Assembly: GCA_001770205.1 (NCBI GenBank)
Contig: MEQL01000020.1
Location: 1 to 44,496 of the forward strand
Origin: Bdellovibrionales bacterium RIFOXYD12_FULL_39_22
Lineage (GTDB): Bacteria > Bdellovibrionota > Bacteriovoracia > Bacteriovoracales > Bacteriovoracaceae
Length of the DNA: 44,496 nucleotides
Direction: 5' to 3'
Below are positions 1 to 9,291 of this stretch, one piece after another. Positions within the stretch are counted from its first letter, which is position 1. Every line of letters begins with the position of its first letter. Under the pieces are notes generated by a model that ran no database searches, was not told the DNA's origin, and saw nothing but the letters and a program-made list of their open reading frames with translations. The position numbers were made by a program, and so were the translations under genes.

Positions 1-99
1 AGAAATTCATCCTGGATAAGGTAGATCTATTCCGTTCGGAGGGGCAGCGCATGATTGCCTTCGGATAAAAAAGTTAACAAAAGTCGGTAGTCATGAGTT

Positions 100-732
100 A
101 TGAATCCTAAAACAAATCAAATCGAAGAAGTTGTCCTGCGAATACAGAAGGAGTTTGTTCATAAAAAAATTTCCGAGGAAGCAAAAAACTGGAAAAGCAC
201 CATCTCCAAAATGGTTGCGGATAAACACGATCCTGACATTAGAAGAGCTGGAAAAATGTTAGAAGAGGAGTATTCAGAAATAATGCGTACTTTGAATAAA
301 TCGGGAGTAGAGCTGAATCTTGAAAAGCAGAGTTTGTTGGAACCGCTTGCTGACGAAGGTTATACTAGGGCCGCAAGCAAGACCAATAAAACAAGCTTTG
401 AAATAGACAAAAGTAAGAAGGAGTTAATTGAATCACTGATACCTGCAGAATTTAGATCGCAAATATCCATATTGGAATATATTCCCCATGTTCGTTGGGA
501 GGATATGAATTATATTGAAAAAGCAAAGTTTGCCAAAGACGTAGTAGAGGCAGAAGCTAGAGCAATTGCGAAAGGAAAGTTCGACCCCGAACCACATTTT
601 GCAAATTGGCTAAAACATTCCGGTGAACAGGAGCGAATGGTTAGAATTGATTTTGACAAAATTGTTAGTCTAAAACCCAGCGAAGTGGAATCCCTCAAAT
701 CCGTGGTGAGAGTACTTGCAAAAAAAGGCTAA
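100..732 (+). CDS. Hypothetical charged helical protein; probably the 5' part of a frameshifted gene
   Basis: 210-aa ORF that ends GCA AAA AAA GGC TAA at an A7 run (720-726). No family recognised. Confidence 0.6.
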   Translation: MNPKTNQIEEVVLRIQKEFVHKKISEEAKNWKSTISKMVADKHDPDIRRAGKMLEEEYSEIMRTLNKSGVELNLEKQSLLEPLADEGYTRAASKTNKTSFEIDKSKKELIESLIPAEFRSQISILEYIPHVRWEDMNYIEKAKFAKDVVEAEARAIAKGKFDPEPHFANWLKHSGEQERMVRIDFDKIVSLKPSEVESLKSVVRVLAKKG

Positions 733-1151
733 ATTCTAGTGATGAACAGGCAATCGCCGCTGATTTTGAATTTTTATTTAAAGAGGTCGGAGGGAAAATT
801 GACGACCCGCTTCCGTACATTAGTCAAGTTATACGCTCTCCAGATTTTCCATCCTCTCAACGAATCTTTGATAGGCTCTCTTATCTTCGCGATCAGATTC
901 AAACACTCCATAATAAGAAAGGCAATGAAACATATATATTGAGTCTGAAAGAAGCACCATCGAGTGCGTCAGCTAGTATGAATAGACTTAGTTTTTACAG
1001 ATCTTATATGAATGAAAAAGCATTTGACAAAATTTTGGTGAATAATTTGGAATTAAATCCTGTTAGGAATGCATTGAAATTTATTGGGTCAACTCTATCA
1101 AGCTGTCTACGAGAACTCTTAACAAAACAATATCTTTTAATGAAAAGATAA
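723..1151 (+). pseudogene. Probable -1-frame continuation of the 100..732 ORF
   Basis: Frame 3 has no stop from 669 to 1151 and reads KRLNSSDEQAIAADFEFLFKEVGG...SSCLRELLTKQYLLMKR. It has no convincing start or RBS of its own; the track's 939..1151 ORF is its tail. Confidence 0.55.
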
Positions 1152-1228
1152 ATTATAAAGCCAATGGCGAATTTGCTCCGATCCCAGAATATTCTTCGCA
1201 CATTTCTCTCAAAATGAGAGTGGTGGCA

Positions 1229-2296
1229 CTAGCGCTTAATCGGACATGACTCCAGCTTCAAATAAAGTGTAATCCGATCAACACTGGCCCAAGAAGAACT
1301 TTCCTCATCCAAAACGCCAAGCATAAAAGAAGTATTTATTCGCAAAATATCTTGCGCACCACATTTGGAAACTAACACTTCGTTGCGACGAAGAAGCGAA
1401 CGCCCTTGTAAACCATCGTTGGTAGCAACCACTCTTTTAGACATTGTTGGTGCATGAGCACCGGCGGTAAAAGCTTCTAGTTTCAAATTAGAAAACTCTC
1501 CCTCTGTGGCCAAATCAAATTTTTGTCCAATATCAATTTGAGAAATAACCAAGCGTGTATTGGCAGGAACTTTGATTGGAATGGCAAGAGAGCAACTCTT
1601 GCGCAAAATAGTAGAAGAACCACTAATACCATTTTTTAACATGTAGTTTTTTGGATAAATATCCAAAATATTTCTCTCATAATCAAAGTCCGCAAATATG
1701 GCGGCGCTGCCGGCATGTCCCTGCGGACAACCAGTGCCATTTATAGCAATCTCCTCACTATTAATTACCGAGGCTAGCAATTCATCATCAATCAGTAAAA
1801 ATTTATCTCCGATATGTGTTACAATTTTAAATCCAACCTGCAATGGATTTAAGTATTGCGAGATAACATAATTATCATCATTGATCGCCGCGGCCCTAAG
1901 CATTTCATGAAAAACCAAATAGTATATATCTCGATCTTTCTCAAAATGTTCAAACCAACGATCTCGATCCAGTATGATTTTACCTGGAGCACCAATCGCA
2001 TCCACCAGCGCCCCTCCATTGTCCCATATCGGGCCGCTTTCAGTGGTAATAACATCTATGGACAGCGTCTGGCGCAAACCTTCCAGATCTAGTTTATGAT
2101 CAATTAAAAGTTGCAGGCCTTGCTCAGAAGCAACAAGATAATTTAATACTACCTCTCCGGCCTTAATAAAAGTTGCGCGCACATGGTCACCACCATTGCC
2201 TTCCCCATGGCCACGAAAGGCCAAGAGATTGGTGCTAACAAAGAGCAGCAGTGACACTAACATAAGCGTTTTGGTAAATTTTTTTCTCTCTTTCAT
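1229..2296 (-). CDS. Secreted protein with an N-terminal GNGGD/HE-motif domain and a C-terminal DUF4360-like domain
   Basis: Start reassigned to ATG 2296 (GAGGAG RBS; signal peptide MKERKKFTKTLMLVSLLLFVSTNLLA). Motifs GHGEGNGGD, LVFHEMLR and INGTGCPQG...RKSCSLAIPIKVP. Confidence 0.7.
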   Translation of the reverse strand: MKERKKFTKTLMLVSLLLFVSTNLLAFRGHGEGNGGDHVRATFIKAGEVVLNYLVASEQGLQLLIDHKLDLEGLRQTLSIDVITTESGPIWDNGGALVDAIGAPGKIILDRDRWFEHFEKDRDIYYLVFHEMLRAAAINDDNYVISQYLNPLQVGFKIVTHIGDKFLLIDDELLASVINSEEIAINGTGCPQGHAGSAAIFADFDYERNILDIYPKNYMLKNGISGSSTILRKSCSLAIPIKVPANTRLVISQIDIGQKFDLATEGEFSNLKLEAFTAGAHAPTMSKRVVATNDGLQGRSLLRRNEVLVSKCGAQDILRINTSFMLGVLDEESSSWASVDRITLYLKLESCPIKR

Positions 2297-2313
2297 AATT
2301 TTCTCCTCTTCTG

Positions 2314-3138
2314 TTATTGCTCCCCGTCCTTGGTTTGCGTCAATGGAAATAGATTGATGCAAATTTTGTACACTTCATTCTTACAATCATCCTCTAAAAA
2401 ATCTGACAATTTCTGTCTAAACTCTCTAATCATTTTTTTTGCTTTTGGCAGCTTTTTGATATCAATGGCCATGGTCATTGAAACAAAATCACGTTTCTCC
2501 ACGCTATCTTTTTCTAGCGATCGCTGGGCCAGTTCTAAATTACGCAAGTGTGCTTTTTTCAAGGCGATATCTGCAATATCATCGGTAGTATTGTAACTTG
2601 CGCCAGTTGGTTTTAATTTACCATTTTTACTTTTGCTTAACATATTTAAGCGAATTAAACGCGCAATTGCCATTTTGACTTCATCAACTCCAATGTTTAA
2701 TCTGCGCGCAATTGCCACTTCATCGCTATCAAAATCATCTGTTTCTGACAGCGATAAAATGGCAAAGTGATACCAATCTGAAATTGTGTGGAACTGATCC
2801 ATGGCCAATTCGATACTAGGCTTAGTTGATTTTTTTTCTCTATTCTGTATCGTGCCATCTTCGCTACTTTTATCTAACTTCTCATTAACATAAAGATCTA
2901 AAATCTGGCCGATCTCTGCGGGCGAAAGACAGAGATTCCGCAAAACCTTTTCCATTCCTTTTTTTGATACACGACGTTTACCGTTTAATATTTCCGATAG
3001 TGCCGCAGGGCCAATTCCTGCGCGCCTGGCAAATGCTCGCAATGAATAGGCCCCATTTTTCATCTTCGCGGCCAGAAGTAGCTCTTGTAATTTTTTCTGA
3101 AAAGCTAGTTGTGCCGACATTTTTTCTTCCTTTCCCAT
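2314..3138 (-). CDS. TIGR02147/DUF4423-family protein with an N-terminal Xre-type HTH
   Basis: YSLRAFARRAGIGPAALSEILNGKR HTH, WYHFAILSL, RDFVSMTMAID and C-terminal EVYKICINLFPLT are typical of this family. Confidence 0.85.
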   Translation of the reverse strand: MGKEEKMSAQLAFQKKLQELLLAAKMKNGAYSLRAFARRAGIGPAALSEILNGKRRVSKKGMEKVLRNLCLSPAEIGQILDLYVNEKLDKSSEDGTIQNREKKSTKPSIELAMDQFHTISDWYHFAILSLSETDDFDSDEVAIARRLNIGVDEVKMAIARLIRLNMLSKSKNGKLKPTGASYNTTDDIADIALKKAHLRNLELAQRSLEKDSVEKRDFVSMTMAIDIKKLPKAKKMIREFRQKLSDFLEDDCKNEVYKICINLFPLTQTKDGEQ

Positions 3139-3141
3139 TAA

Positions 3142-3762
3142 CTACTTTATTTCAAAAATACCGTTATTGGGGCCACATGACTTCACTACTGCGCTAATTA
3201 CAATTTCTGGCCCAATCTCCACCCAGGCCCACGATCTACGAGAGGAAGGAGATGAGTTTCGAAGTAAAATACTAGTATTAAGACGAAGATTTACATCTTC
3301 CCCGCAACCACTCCAAATAATTTCCTCATTCCCGATGGAACCAAAAATGTGGCCCGTTGGCAGATCAATGCTCACCGGATTTCCCACTCCCCCGGCCAGA
3401 AAGTATTCAAATCCAATACGCCCTCGTACGTTGGAAGAAAGGTAGCTACTGAAATCTAACGTCTGCACCACAATCCCAACCTGCATACCGGCCGGCACGG
3501 AAACAGGAATGGCCATATTACAAGTAACGCGTTTGATTGTTTTTCCCTTCGTTATACTAACATAACCATCAAACTCAATGTTGAGTGCATTTAGTTCATA
3601 ATCAAATGAGTACGAAACCGTCTCATCAGCACAGCCACTTCCTCCCACTTCCGGATGGCCGAATGATAAAAATCCTGCGGCGGATGCTGCGGTGGCCACC
3701 CAAGTAGTGGCCAATACCACTGTTAATCCTTTCTTTAAGCTTTTGAAAATCTCTTTTTTCAT
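3142..3762 (-). CDS. DUF4360-like secreted protein
   Basis: Signal peptide ending AASA; GGSGC, RVTCNMAIPVSVPAG and WSGCGEDVNLRLNTSI. GGAG RBS. Confidence 0.75.
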   Translation of the reverse strand: MKKEIFKSLKKGLTVVLATTWVATAASAAGFLSFGHPEVGGSGCADETVSYSFDYELNALNIEFDGYVSITKGKTIKRVTCNMAIPVSVPAGMQVGIVVQTLDFSSYLSSNVRGRIGFEYFLAGGVGNPVSIDLPTGHIFGSIGNEEIIWSGCGEDVNLRLNTSILLRNSSPSSRRSWAWVEIGPEIVISAVVKSCGPNNGIFEIK

Positions 3763-3876
3763 GGCAATCTCCCCTGTTTGTGTGCGTTATTCTTATTGTG
3801 ATTCAGAATTCCCACTCTCCATTTGGTATCCTGATCTCTCAACTATACATTTATCATGATCTTTTTAAGAGGCGCA

Positions 3877-3909
3877 AGATGTTTTGGAACAAAGTGTTCC
3901 AAAACATCT
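3877..3909. promoter_or_regulatory. Perfect 15-bp inverted repeat, candidate operator
   Basis: AGATGTTTTGGAACA-AAG-TGTTCCAAAACATCT in the divergent intergenic region between the DUF4360/TIGR02147 genes and psuG. Confidence 0.5.
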
Positions 3910-4020
3910 CCAGAGAGCATGGCAATGGAACAGGGCCAACTTGTTACCAGCTATTTTTTTGCCCTAAATATGAAAATATGCAACACTACTATAAAGCGTA
4001 AAAATAACGAGGATAGAGAT

Positions 4021-4983
4021 ATGTCAATAATCACCCAAAAAAATTCCAGACAAAAAAAATTCGTCTCAGGCCTTGCTCAGTATTTAGATTTCTCTCCAGA
4101 AGTAAGAAAGGCCAAGAAAAATAAAGCACCGCTAGTGGCCTTAGAGTCGACCATCATCGCCCATGGCATGCCTTATCCACAAAATCTGGCCACGGCCCAG
4201 GCAGTAGAAAAAATTGTACGACAAAATGGAGCTACTCCGGCCACCATCGCAATCTTAGAGGGAAAAATTAAAATTGGCCTAACCAGTGACGAATTAAAAC
4301 AACTGGCCAGTTCGCCAGATGTAGCAAAAGTCTCTCGTCGGGACATGGCCACCATCATTACTTGTAAAAAAAATGGTGCTACCACCGTCTCCGCCACAAT
4401 GATTGCCGCACACTTGGCCGGAATTGAACTCTTTGTTACTGGAGGGATTGGTGGTGTTCATCGAGGAGCAGAAAACTCTATGGATATCTCTGCTGATCTC
4501 AGTGAACTGGCGCAAACTTCCGTGGCGGTAGTTTGTGCCGGAGCAAAATCAATCTTGGATCTCCCAAAAACACTAGAGTATTTAGAAACACATGGAGTAC
4601 CTATCATTGGATTTAAGACTGATGAATTTCCAGCCTTCTATTCACGTGCAAGCGGCCTATCCGTTGATCACCATGCTACAAGCGTAGAAGAGGTGGCCAA
4701 TATCATTCGCTGCAAATGGAAATTAAATCTGGCCGGTGGAATTGTAATTGCCAATCCAATTCCAAGACAAAATGAACTGCTGGCCTCTTTTATCAACCCT
4801 TATATTGAAAATGCCATCAAAGAAGCGGCCCGAAAAAATATTTCCGGCAAAGAATTGACTCCCTTCTTATTAAAAGAAATTAAGGAGGCAACCAAAGGTA
4901 AAGGATTAGATGCAAATATTGCGCTAGTAAAACATAATGCAATGGTTGGTGCAAAAATTGCTGCCGCACTATCCAAAATTTAA
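4021..4983 (+). CDS. psuG: Pseudouridine-5'-phosphate glycosidase
   Basis: ALESTIIAHGMPYPQN, TGGIGGVHRG, DISADL, AGAKSILD and TPFLL motifs. Start placed at ATG 4021, after GAGG, rather than 3856. Confidence 0.93.
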   Translation: MSIITQKNSRQKKFVSGLAQYLDFSPEVRKAKKNKAPLVALESTIIAHGMPYPQNLATAQAVEKIVRQNGATPATIAILEGKIKIGLTSDELKQLASSPDVAKVSRRDMATIITCKKNGATTVSATMIAAHLAGIELFVTGGIGGVHRGAENSMDISADLSELAQTSVAVVCAGAKSILDLPKTLEYLETHGVPIIGFKTDEFPAFYSRASGLSVDHHATSVEEVANIIRCKWKLNLAGGIVIANPIPRQNELLASFINPYIENAIKEAARKNISGKELTPFLLKEIKEATKGKGLDANIALVKHNAMVGAKIAAALSKI

Positions 4984-5083
4984 AAGACAACATTAGTCGG
5001 GAATTTATTCAAAAGAAGGCCTTTACTTTTTAGGTATTCATAATATCATCTCTTATGTGCTTAAATTTAATTGGAGGCATTGA

Positions 5084-5329
5084 ATGAAAACTATTTTATT
5101 TTTATCTCTTATCTCTCTAACCCTGTGCACTTCTGGTTTTTTTGGAGATTCTGCATTTGCTCAAGGCATTGCTATTTCTGGAGCAATGTCTAGCAAAGAA
5201 AAACCCTACTGCACTAAGATGAAGAAAAAAAAACAGGCCGCCAAGTGTTGTACTATCGCTGATGCCAAAAAAAAGAACAAATGCGCTGCTAAGTATAAAT
5301 GTCAGTGCCCATCACCGGCCACCAACTAG
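5084..5329 (+). CDS. Small secreted Cys/Lys-rich protein
   Basis: GGAGG RBS; signal peptide ending AFA; predicted mature part has 6 Cys and 14 Lys. Confidence 0.75.
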   Translation: MKTILFLSLISLTLCTSGFFGDSAFAQGIAISGAMSSKEKPYCTKMKKKKQAAKCCTIADAKKKNKCAAKYKCQCPSPATN

Positions 5330-5401
5330 TTATTTGTTCAATTGCAATTACTAGTATGAAACTAAATGAAAGTTCGTAAAAACAGAACTGACTAATAAAA
5401 T

Positions 5402-6034
5402 TCATCTTATTTTCTGTGCTATAATTTTTGCCTTGATTTGCTCTAAAATTAAATTCTCAGAATCTTCGGGGCAAATTTTAAATGGATCTCCCCAGGAAAT
5501 ATATCCACAAAAAGGCACCAAAATAGAGTCTCCTCGCGGCAGTGAGGCACCAGTATTTTCTAAATATACCGGCACACAAGAAATTTCTGGCATGGCCTTA
5601 AGTAAAATTGCTACTCCTTTTTTTAGTTGTTGCCACTCCCCAGGATTACCTCGAGAGCCCTCAGGAAAAATCACTAAACTTTTTCCGGCCCTTAATAAAG
5701 TAAGCATTGCCTCAATAGGATCCGTGCCATTTTCTTTTTCTTGTTTGTTGCGATTGATTAAAACAACGTTTAAAAGATGATGCGAAAGAAAACGCGACAG
5801 AGAGCTTTTGCCCCAATAGTCCATTGCCGCCACCGGATGAGTGGTAAATATTTTAGAAGCTGGCAGAGAACTCATTATGGCCATGGCATCTATATGACTA
5901 TTGTGATTGGCCACAATTATAAATTGTTTTTCCTTGCAAATTTTTTCATTTTTATAAACATCTATGCCTACAATAAATTTTAAAATCGGGCGCATGACCA
6001 AATAATAGTAGATAAAAATTATAATTTTACTCAT
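5402..6034 (-). CDS. Lysophospholipid acyltransferase (PlsC family)
   Basis: ANHNSHID (HX4D) and FPEGSRG motifs. The start is uncertain; ATG 6034 was chosen. Confidence 0.88.
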   Translation of the reverse strand: MSKIIIFIYYYLVMRPILKFIVGIDVYKNEKICKEKQFIIVANHNSHIDAMAIMSSLPASKIFTTHPVAAMDYWGKSSLSRFLSHHLLNVVLINRNKQEKENGTDPIEAMLTLLRAGKSLVIFPEGSRGNPGEWQQLKKGVAILLKAMPEISCVPVYLENTGASLPRGDSILVPFCGYISWGDPFKICPEDSENLILEQIKAKIIAQKIR

Positions 6035-6170
6035 AACAACAAAGCAATTCTCTCGGACAATAAACCGTTTTTCCTCCCTTGTTACCAATTAAATTCGTGC
6101 TACGATGTGACTATAACTAAGAGAGTCTGCAATATATTGGCATTATACATCAACCTAGGAAAAAGTATTT

Positions 6171-7928
6171 ATGAAAAATTATGAGATCATAGAAGGAAAT
6201 TTTATCTCTTTTGATAAAACAGAATTATTCTATCGAACTTGGAAACCGAAAAATAGTAACGAGGGTGATATTCCCGGGCGCGTGTTAATTCTTTTGCACC
6301 GAGGCCATGAGCATTCTGGACGGCTGCAAGATTTGGTCGAGGGGATTGCTTCCGATGACATGTGGTGTTTTGCCTATGATGGGAGAGGCCATGGAAAAAA
6401 CCCTGGCCCACGCGGATACGCCCCGGATTTTGGATTTATGATTAAAGATCTTAATTCGTTTGTTCAGTTTCTTATCGAAAAACACAATATCAAAATGGAA
6501 AACATCACTATTGTCGCTAACAGTGTTGGCGCAGTAATAACTTCCACCTGGGTGCATGATTATGCTCCTAAAATCAGGGCGATGATATTAGCAGCACCGG
6601 CCTTTTACATTAAACTGTATGTGCCCTTTGCTCTCTTTTTCCTCCGTATACTGAACGCTTTTAAGCATCCGGCCTTTATCTCTAGCTATGTTAAATCAAA
6701 ATTCCTAACTCATGATCCAGCAGAACAGAAAAAATATGATAGCGATCCTCTCATCACTCCTCAAATTGCCGTAAATATCCTACTCGGACTCTACGATCAT
6801 GCTAATCGCACTGTAATCGATGCTGCGGCAATTCACGTACCGACACTAATTCTATCAGCGGGCTCTGATTGGGTAGTGGGGGTAAAACAGCAAAAACAAT
6901 TCTTTGATCAACTATCCTCTACTACTAAAGAATTTGTAGAATATCCCACTTTTTATCACGGAGTTTTGTACGAAAAAGAAAAAAACCTACCCTTCCAAAA
7001 ATCGCGAGAATTTATAGAACGAGTTTATTCTCAGGAATTATTTTCCTATAATCTTATCAATGCCGATCAACAAGGATACACCAAGCAGGAATATGAAAAT
7101 CTTTTGCGCAAATCACTCCCCCTTTGGAAGGCCTTTTACTATGCGTTCACTCGCTTGATGATGGCCACCTTTGGACGTTTAAGTCAGGGTATCCGAATTG
7201 GACTAAATCATGGCTTTGACTCTGGCCTTTCTCTAGACTATGTTTATGAAAATAATCCAAGAGGTATCACGGGAATTGGCCGCTTTATCGATCGCTGTTA
7301 TCTTGATGCTGTCGGTTGGAAAGGCATTCGTGCCAGAAAAATTAATTTGCAAAAAAACATTGAAGAAACCATAAATCGATTATTGAAAGAACATCGTCCA
7401 GTCCGCGTTATGGATATTGCCGCCGGCCCCGGCCGCTACCTTCTAGAAGTGGCGCAGAAATATAATCGGGATGATGTTAAGTTTTTGATTCGCGATTACG
7501 ATCCGCGTAATATTGAAAAAAGCAGATTGCTGGCACGAGAACTTAATTGCAAAAATGTAGAATTCATTCAAGGTGATGCTTTCGATCCCAAGTCATTTGA
7601 TGCCAATAATTTTGCGCCCAACGTTATTGTCATCTCCGGCCTATATGAGTTATTTGATGATAATAAAATGGTGGCCAATTCTATTATGGGGGCCACCTCT
7701 GTTTTGCAAAAACCAGGATATGTGATTTACACCGGACAGCCTTGGCACCCTCAACTCGAATTAATTGCTCATACACTACCCAATCGCGATGGCAACCGCT
7801 GGGTTATGCGTCGAAGAACTCAAGCGGAACTAGATCAGCTATTTTACGGTAGCGGCCTGGTTAAGCAGGATATGAGTATCGATGAGTGGGGGATTTTCAC
7901 TGTATCCAGAGCACAAAATCAGCAGTAA
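6171..7928 (+). CDS. ynbC: YnbC-like bifunctional alpha/beta hydrolase and class I SAM methyltransferase
   Basis: HRGHEHSGR, ANSVGA nucleophile elbow, GFDSGLSLDYVY, DIAAGPGRY, YTGQPWHPQLE and WVMRRRTQAELD. Confidence 0.9.
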   Translation: MKNYEIIEGNFISFDKTELFYRTWKPKNSNEGDIPGRVLILLHRGHEHSGRLQDLVEGIASDDMWCFAYDGRGHGKNPGPRGYAPDFGFMIKDLNSFVQFLIEKHNIKMENITIVANSVGAVITSTWVHDYAPKIRAMILAAPAFYIKLYVPFALFFLRILNAFKHPAFISSYVKSKFLTHDPAEQKKYDSDPLITPQIAVNILLGLYDHANRTVIDAAAIHVPTLILSAGSDWVVGVKQQKQFFDQLSSTTKEFVEYPTFYHGVLYEKEKNLPFQKSREFIERVYSQELFSYNLINADQQGYTKQEYENLLRKSLPLWKAFYYAFTRLMMATFGRLSQGIRIGLNHGFDSGLSLDYVYENNPRGITGIGRFIDRCYLDAVGWKGIRARKINLQKNIEETINRLLKEHRPVRVMDIAAGPGRYLLEVAQKYNRDDVKFLIRDYDPRNIEKSRLLARELNCKNVEFIQGDAFDPKSFDANNFAPNVIVISGLYELFDDNKMVANSIMGATSVLQKPGYVIYTGQPWHPQLELIAHTLPNRDGNRWVMRRRTQAELDQLFYGSGLVKQDMSIDEWGIFTVSRAQNQQ

Positions 7929-7970
7929 TCGATTTCAATCTAAAACTCATTACGAGAAAAGAGGTTCTGT

Positions 7971-8951
7971 ATGGATCAAGAGGAGAAGCTAAAGGCACTG
8001 GAAGTCTATTTTAATTTAATGTCCTTTAATGGCGGCGCTTATATCTTTCAGATCGCTAGCAAAATGAATATTTTTTTACAGTTTAAAAATCAATCATTAT
8101 CAGTTACTGAAATGGCCACAGCACTTTCCATGCAAGAACGGCCGCTTTCCGCCCTACTGGAATGCTTAGTGGCCATGGGCCTTCTGCAAAGACAGGACGG
8201 TAAATACTATCCTTCGCCTACCTTACAATTTTTGCACGGTAATTATCAAAATTTAAGTTCTGACTACTGGGAACATTTGCCCACGCTACTTAAAACCGGT
8301 ATCCCATATAAAAAAATGGATGCTGTAGAAAATAGCGAAAGTGAGTATAAAACACAGGTAAAATCTCTGGAGTGGATGATGCGTCCTTCTGCGATGCTGG
8401 CCGCCCAAATGTTAGGTATTGGGAAATCGATCAACGGAGCAAAAATTTTGGATGTCGGGGCCGGATCAGCTGTTTGGAGTCTGGCCATGTTGCAACAAGA
8501 CTCAACAGCATCTGCTACCGCACTAGATTGGCCGGCAGTTTTAGAAGTAGCTAACGAGTCAGCAAAAATACAAAATCTAAGCGGCCGCTTTAAAACCATT
8601 GCTGGCAACTATCATCAAGTAGAAATTAAAGAACAATATGATTTAATTATTCTTGGCAATGTAACCCATCTAGAAAGCGATGTGGGCAATATTAATCTTC
8701 TCTCTCGTCTAAAAAACTATCTCAACCCGCAAGGCCGTTTGATAATTTTTGATGTTTTTAGAGGCCAAAAGCAAGGTGATTTATCGGCGGCCTTATATGA
8801 AATGGGGTTGGTGATTAGAACGACTCAAGGCAAAGTATATGGCAAAGAGGAATTAAGTCACTTTTTACATCAGAGTGGATATTCAAAAACTAATTTTATG
8901 CCTATAGAAATTACCCCGTACACCATGGGAATGTTGATAGCAGAGGTTTAG
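7971..8951 (+). CDS. SAM-dependent O-methyltransferase (class I, with winged-helix dimerisation domain)
   Basis: N-terminal wHTH-like segment, ILDVGAGSA, LDWPAV and AGNYH. Confidence 0.85.
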   Translation: MDQEEKLKALEVYFNLMSFNGGAYIFQIASKMNIFLQFKNQSLSVTEMATALSMQERPLSALLECLVAMGLLQRQDGKYYPSPTLQFLHGNYQNLSSDYWEHLPTLLKTGIPYKKMDAVENSESEYKTQVKSLEWMMRPSAMLAAQMLGIGKSINGAKILDVGAGSAVWSLAMLQQDSTASATALDWPAVLEVANESAKIQNLSGRFKTIAGNYHQVEIKEQYDLIILGNVTHLESDVGNINLLSRLKNYLNPQGRLIIFDVFRGQKQGDLSAALYEMGLVIRTTQGKVYGKEELSHFLHQSGYSKTNFMPIEITPYTMGMLIAEV

Positions 8952-8952
8952 T

Positions 8953-9291
8953 ATGGCCATTTTCCTCTCTCTTGTTGCCGCGGCCATTGGGGCCTTAGCA
9001 CAATATTTTTATAAATTGGGCGCGGCCAGAGTATTAGAAATTCCCATTTATAAAAATGTTTATATTTTTTTAGGACTTATTTCTTTTTCGGCCGTACTGG
9101 TGTTGTTTATCGTTGCTTTCCGCTTGGGTGGTAAAATGTTTGTCATCTATCCCGTCTATGCCACCACCTATATTTGGAGTGGACTACTTGCTTATTTCGT
9201 GGCCAAAGAGCCTATCAATCATTGGCAAATCATCGGCGTAATCTGCATAATGTTGGGAGTCTCTATAATTTCGCTTGGACATGAACACTAA
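8953..9291 (+). CDS. Small 4-TM EamA/SMR (DMT superfamily) membrane protein
   Basis: 112 aa with four hydrophobic segments; IYPVYATTYIW and KEPINHWQIIGVICIMLGV. Confidence 0.8.
   Translation: MAIFLSLVAAAIGALAQYFYKLGAARVLEIPIYKNVYIFLGLISFSAVLVLFIVAFRLGGKMFVIYPVYATTYIWSGLLAYFVAKEPINHWQIIGVICIMLGVSIISLGHEH

Noticed and set aside
739..942. 67-aa frame-1 ORF
   Set aside because: It overlaps the longer stop-free frame 3, which has a more protein-like composition.
3856..4020. 55-aa N-terminal extension of PsuG
   Set aside because: It crosses the intergenic palindrome and divergent promoter region. Homology starts later, and ATG 4021 has an RBS.
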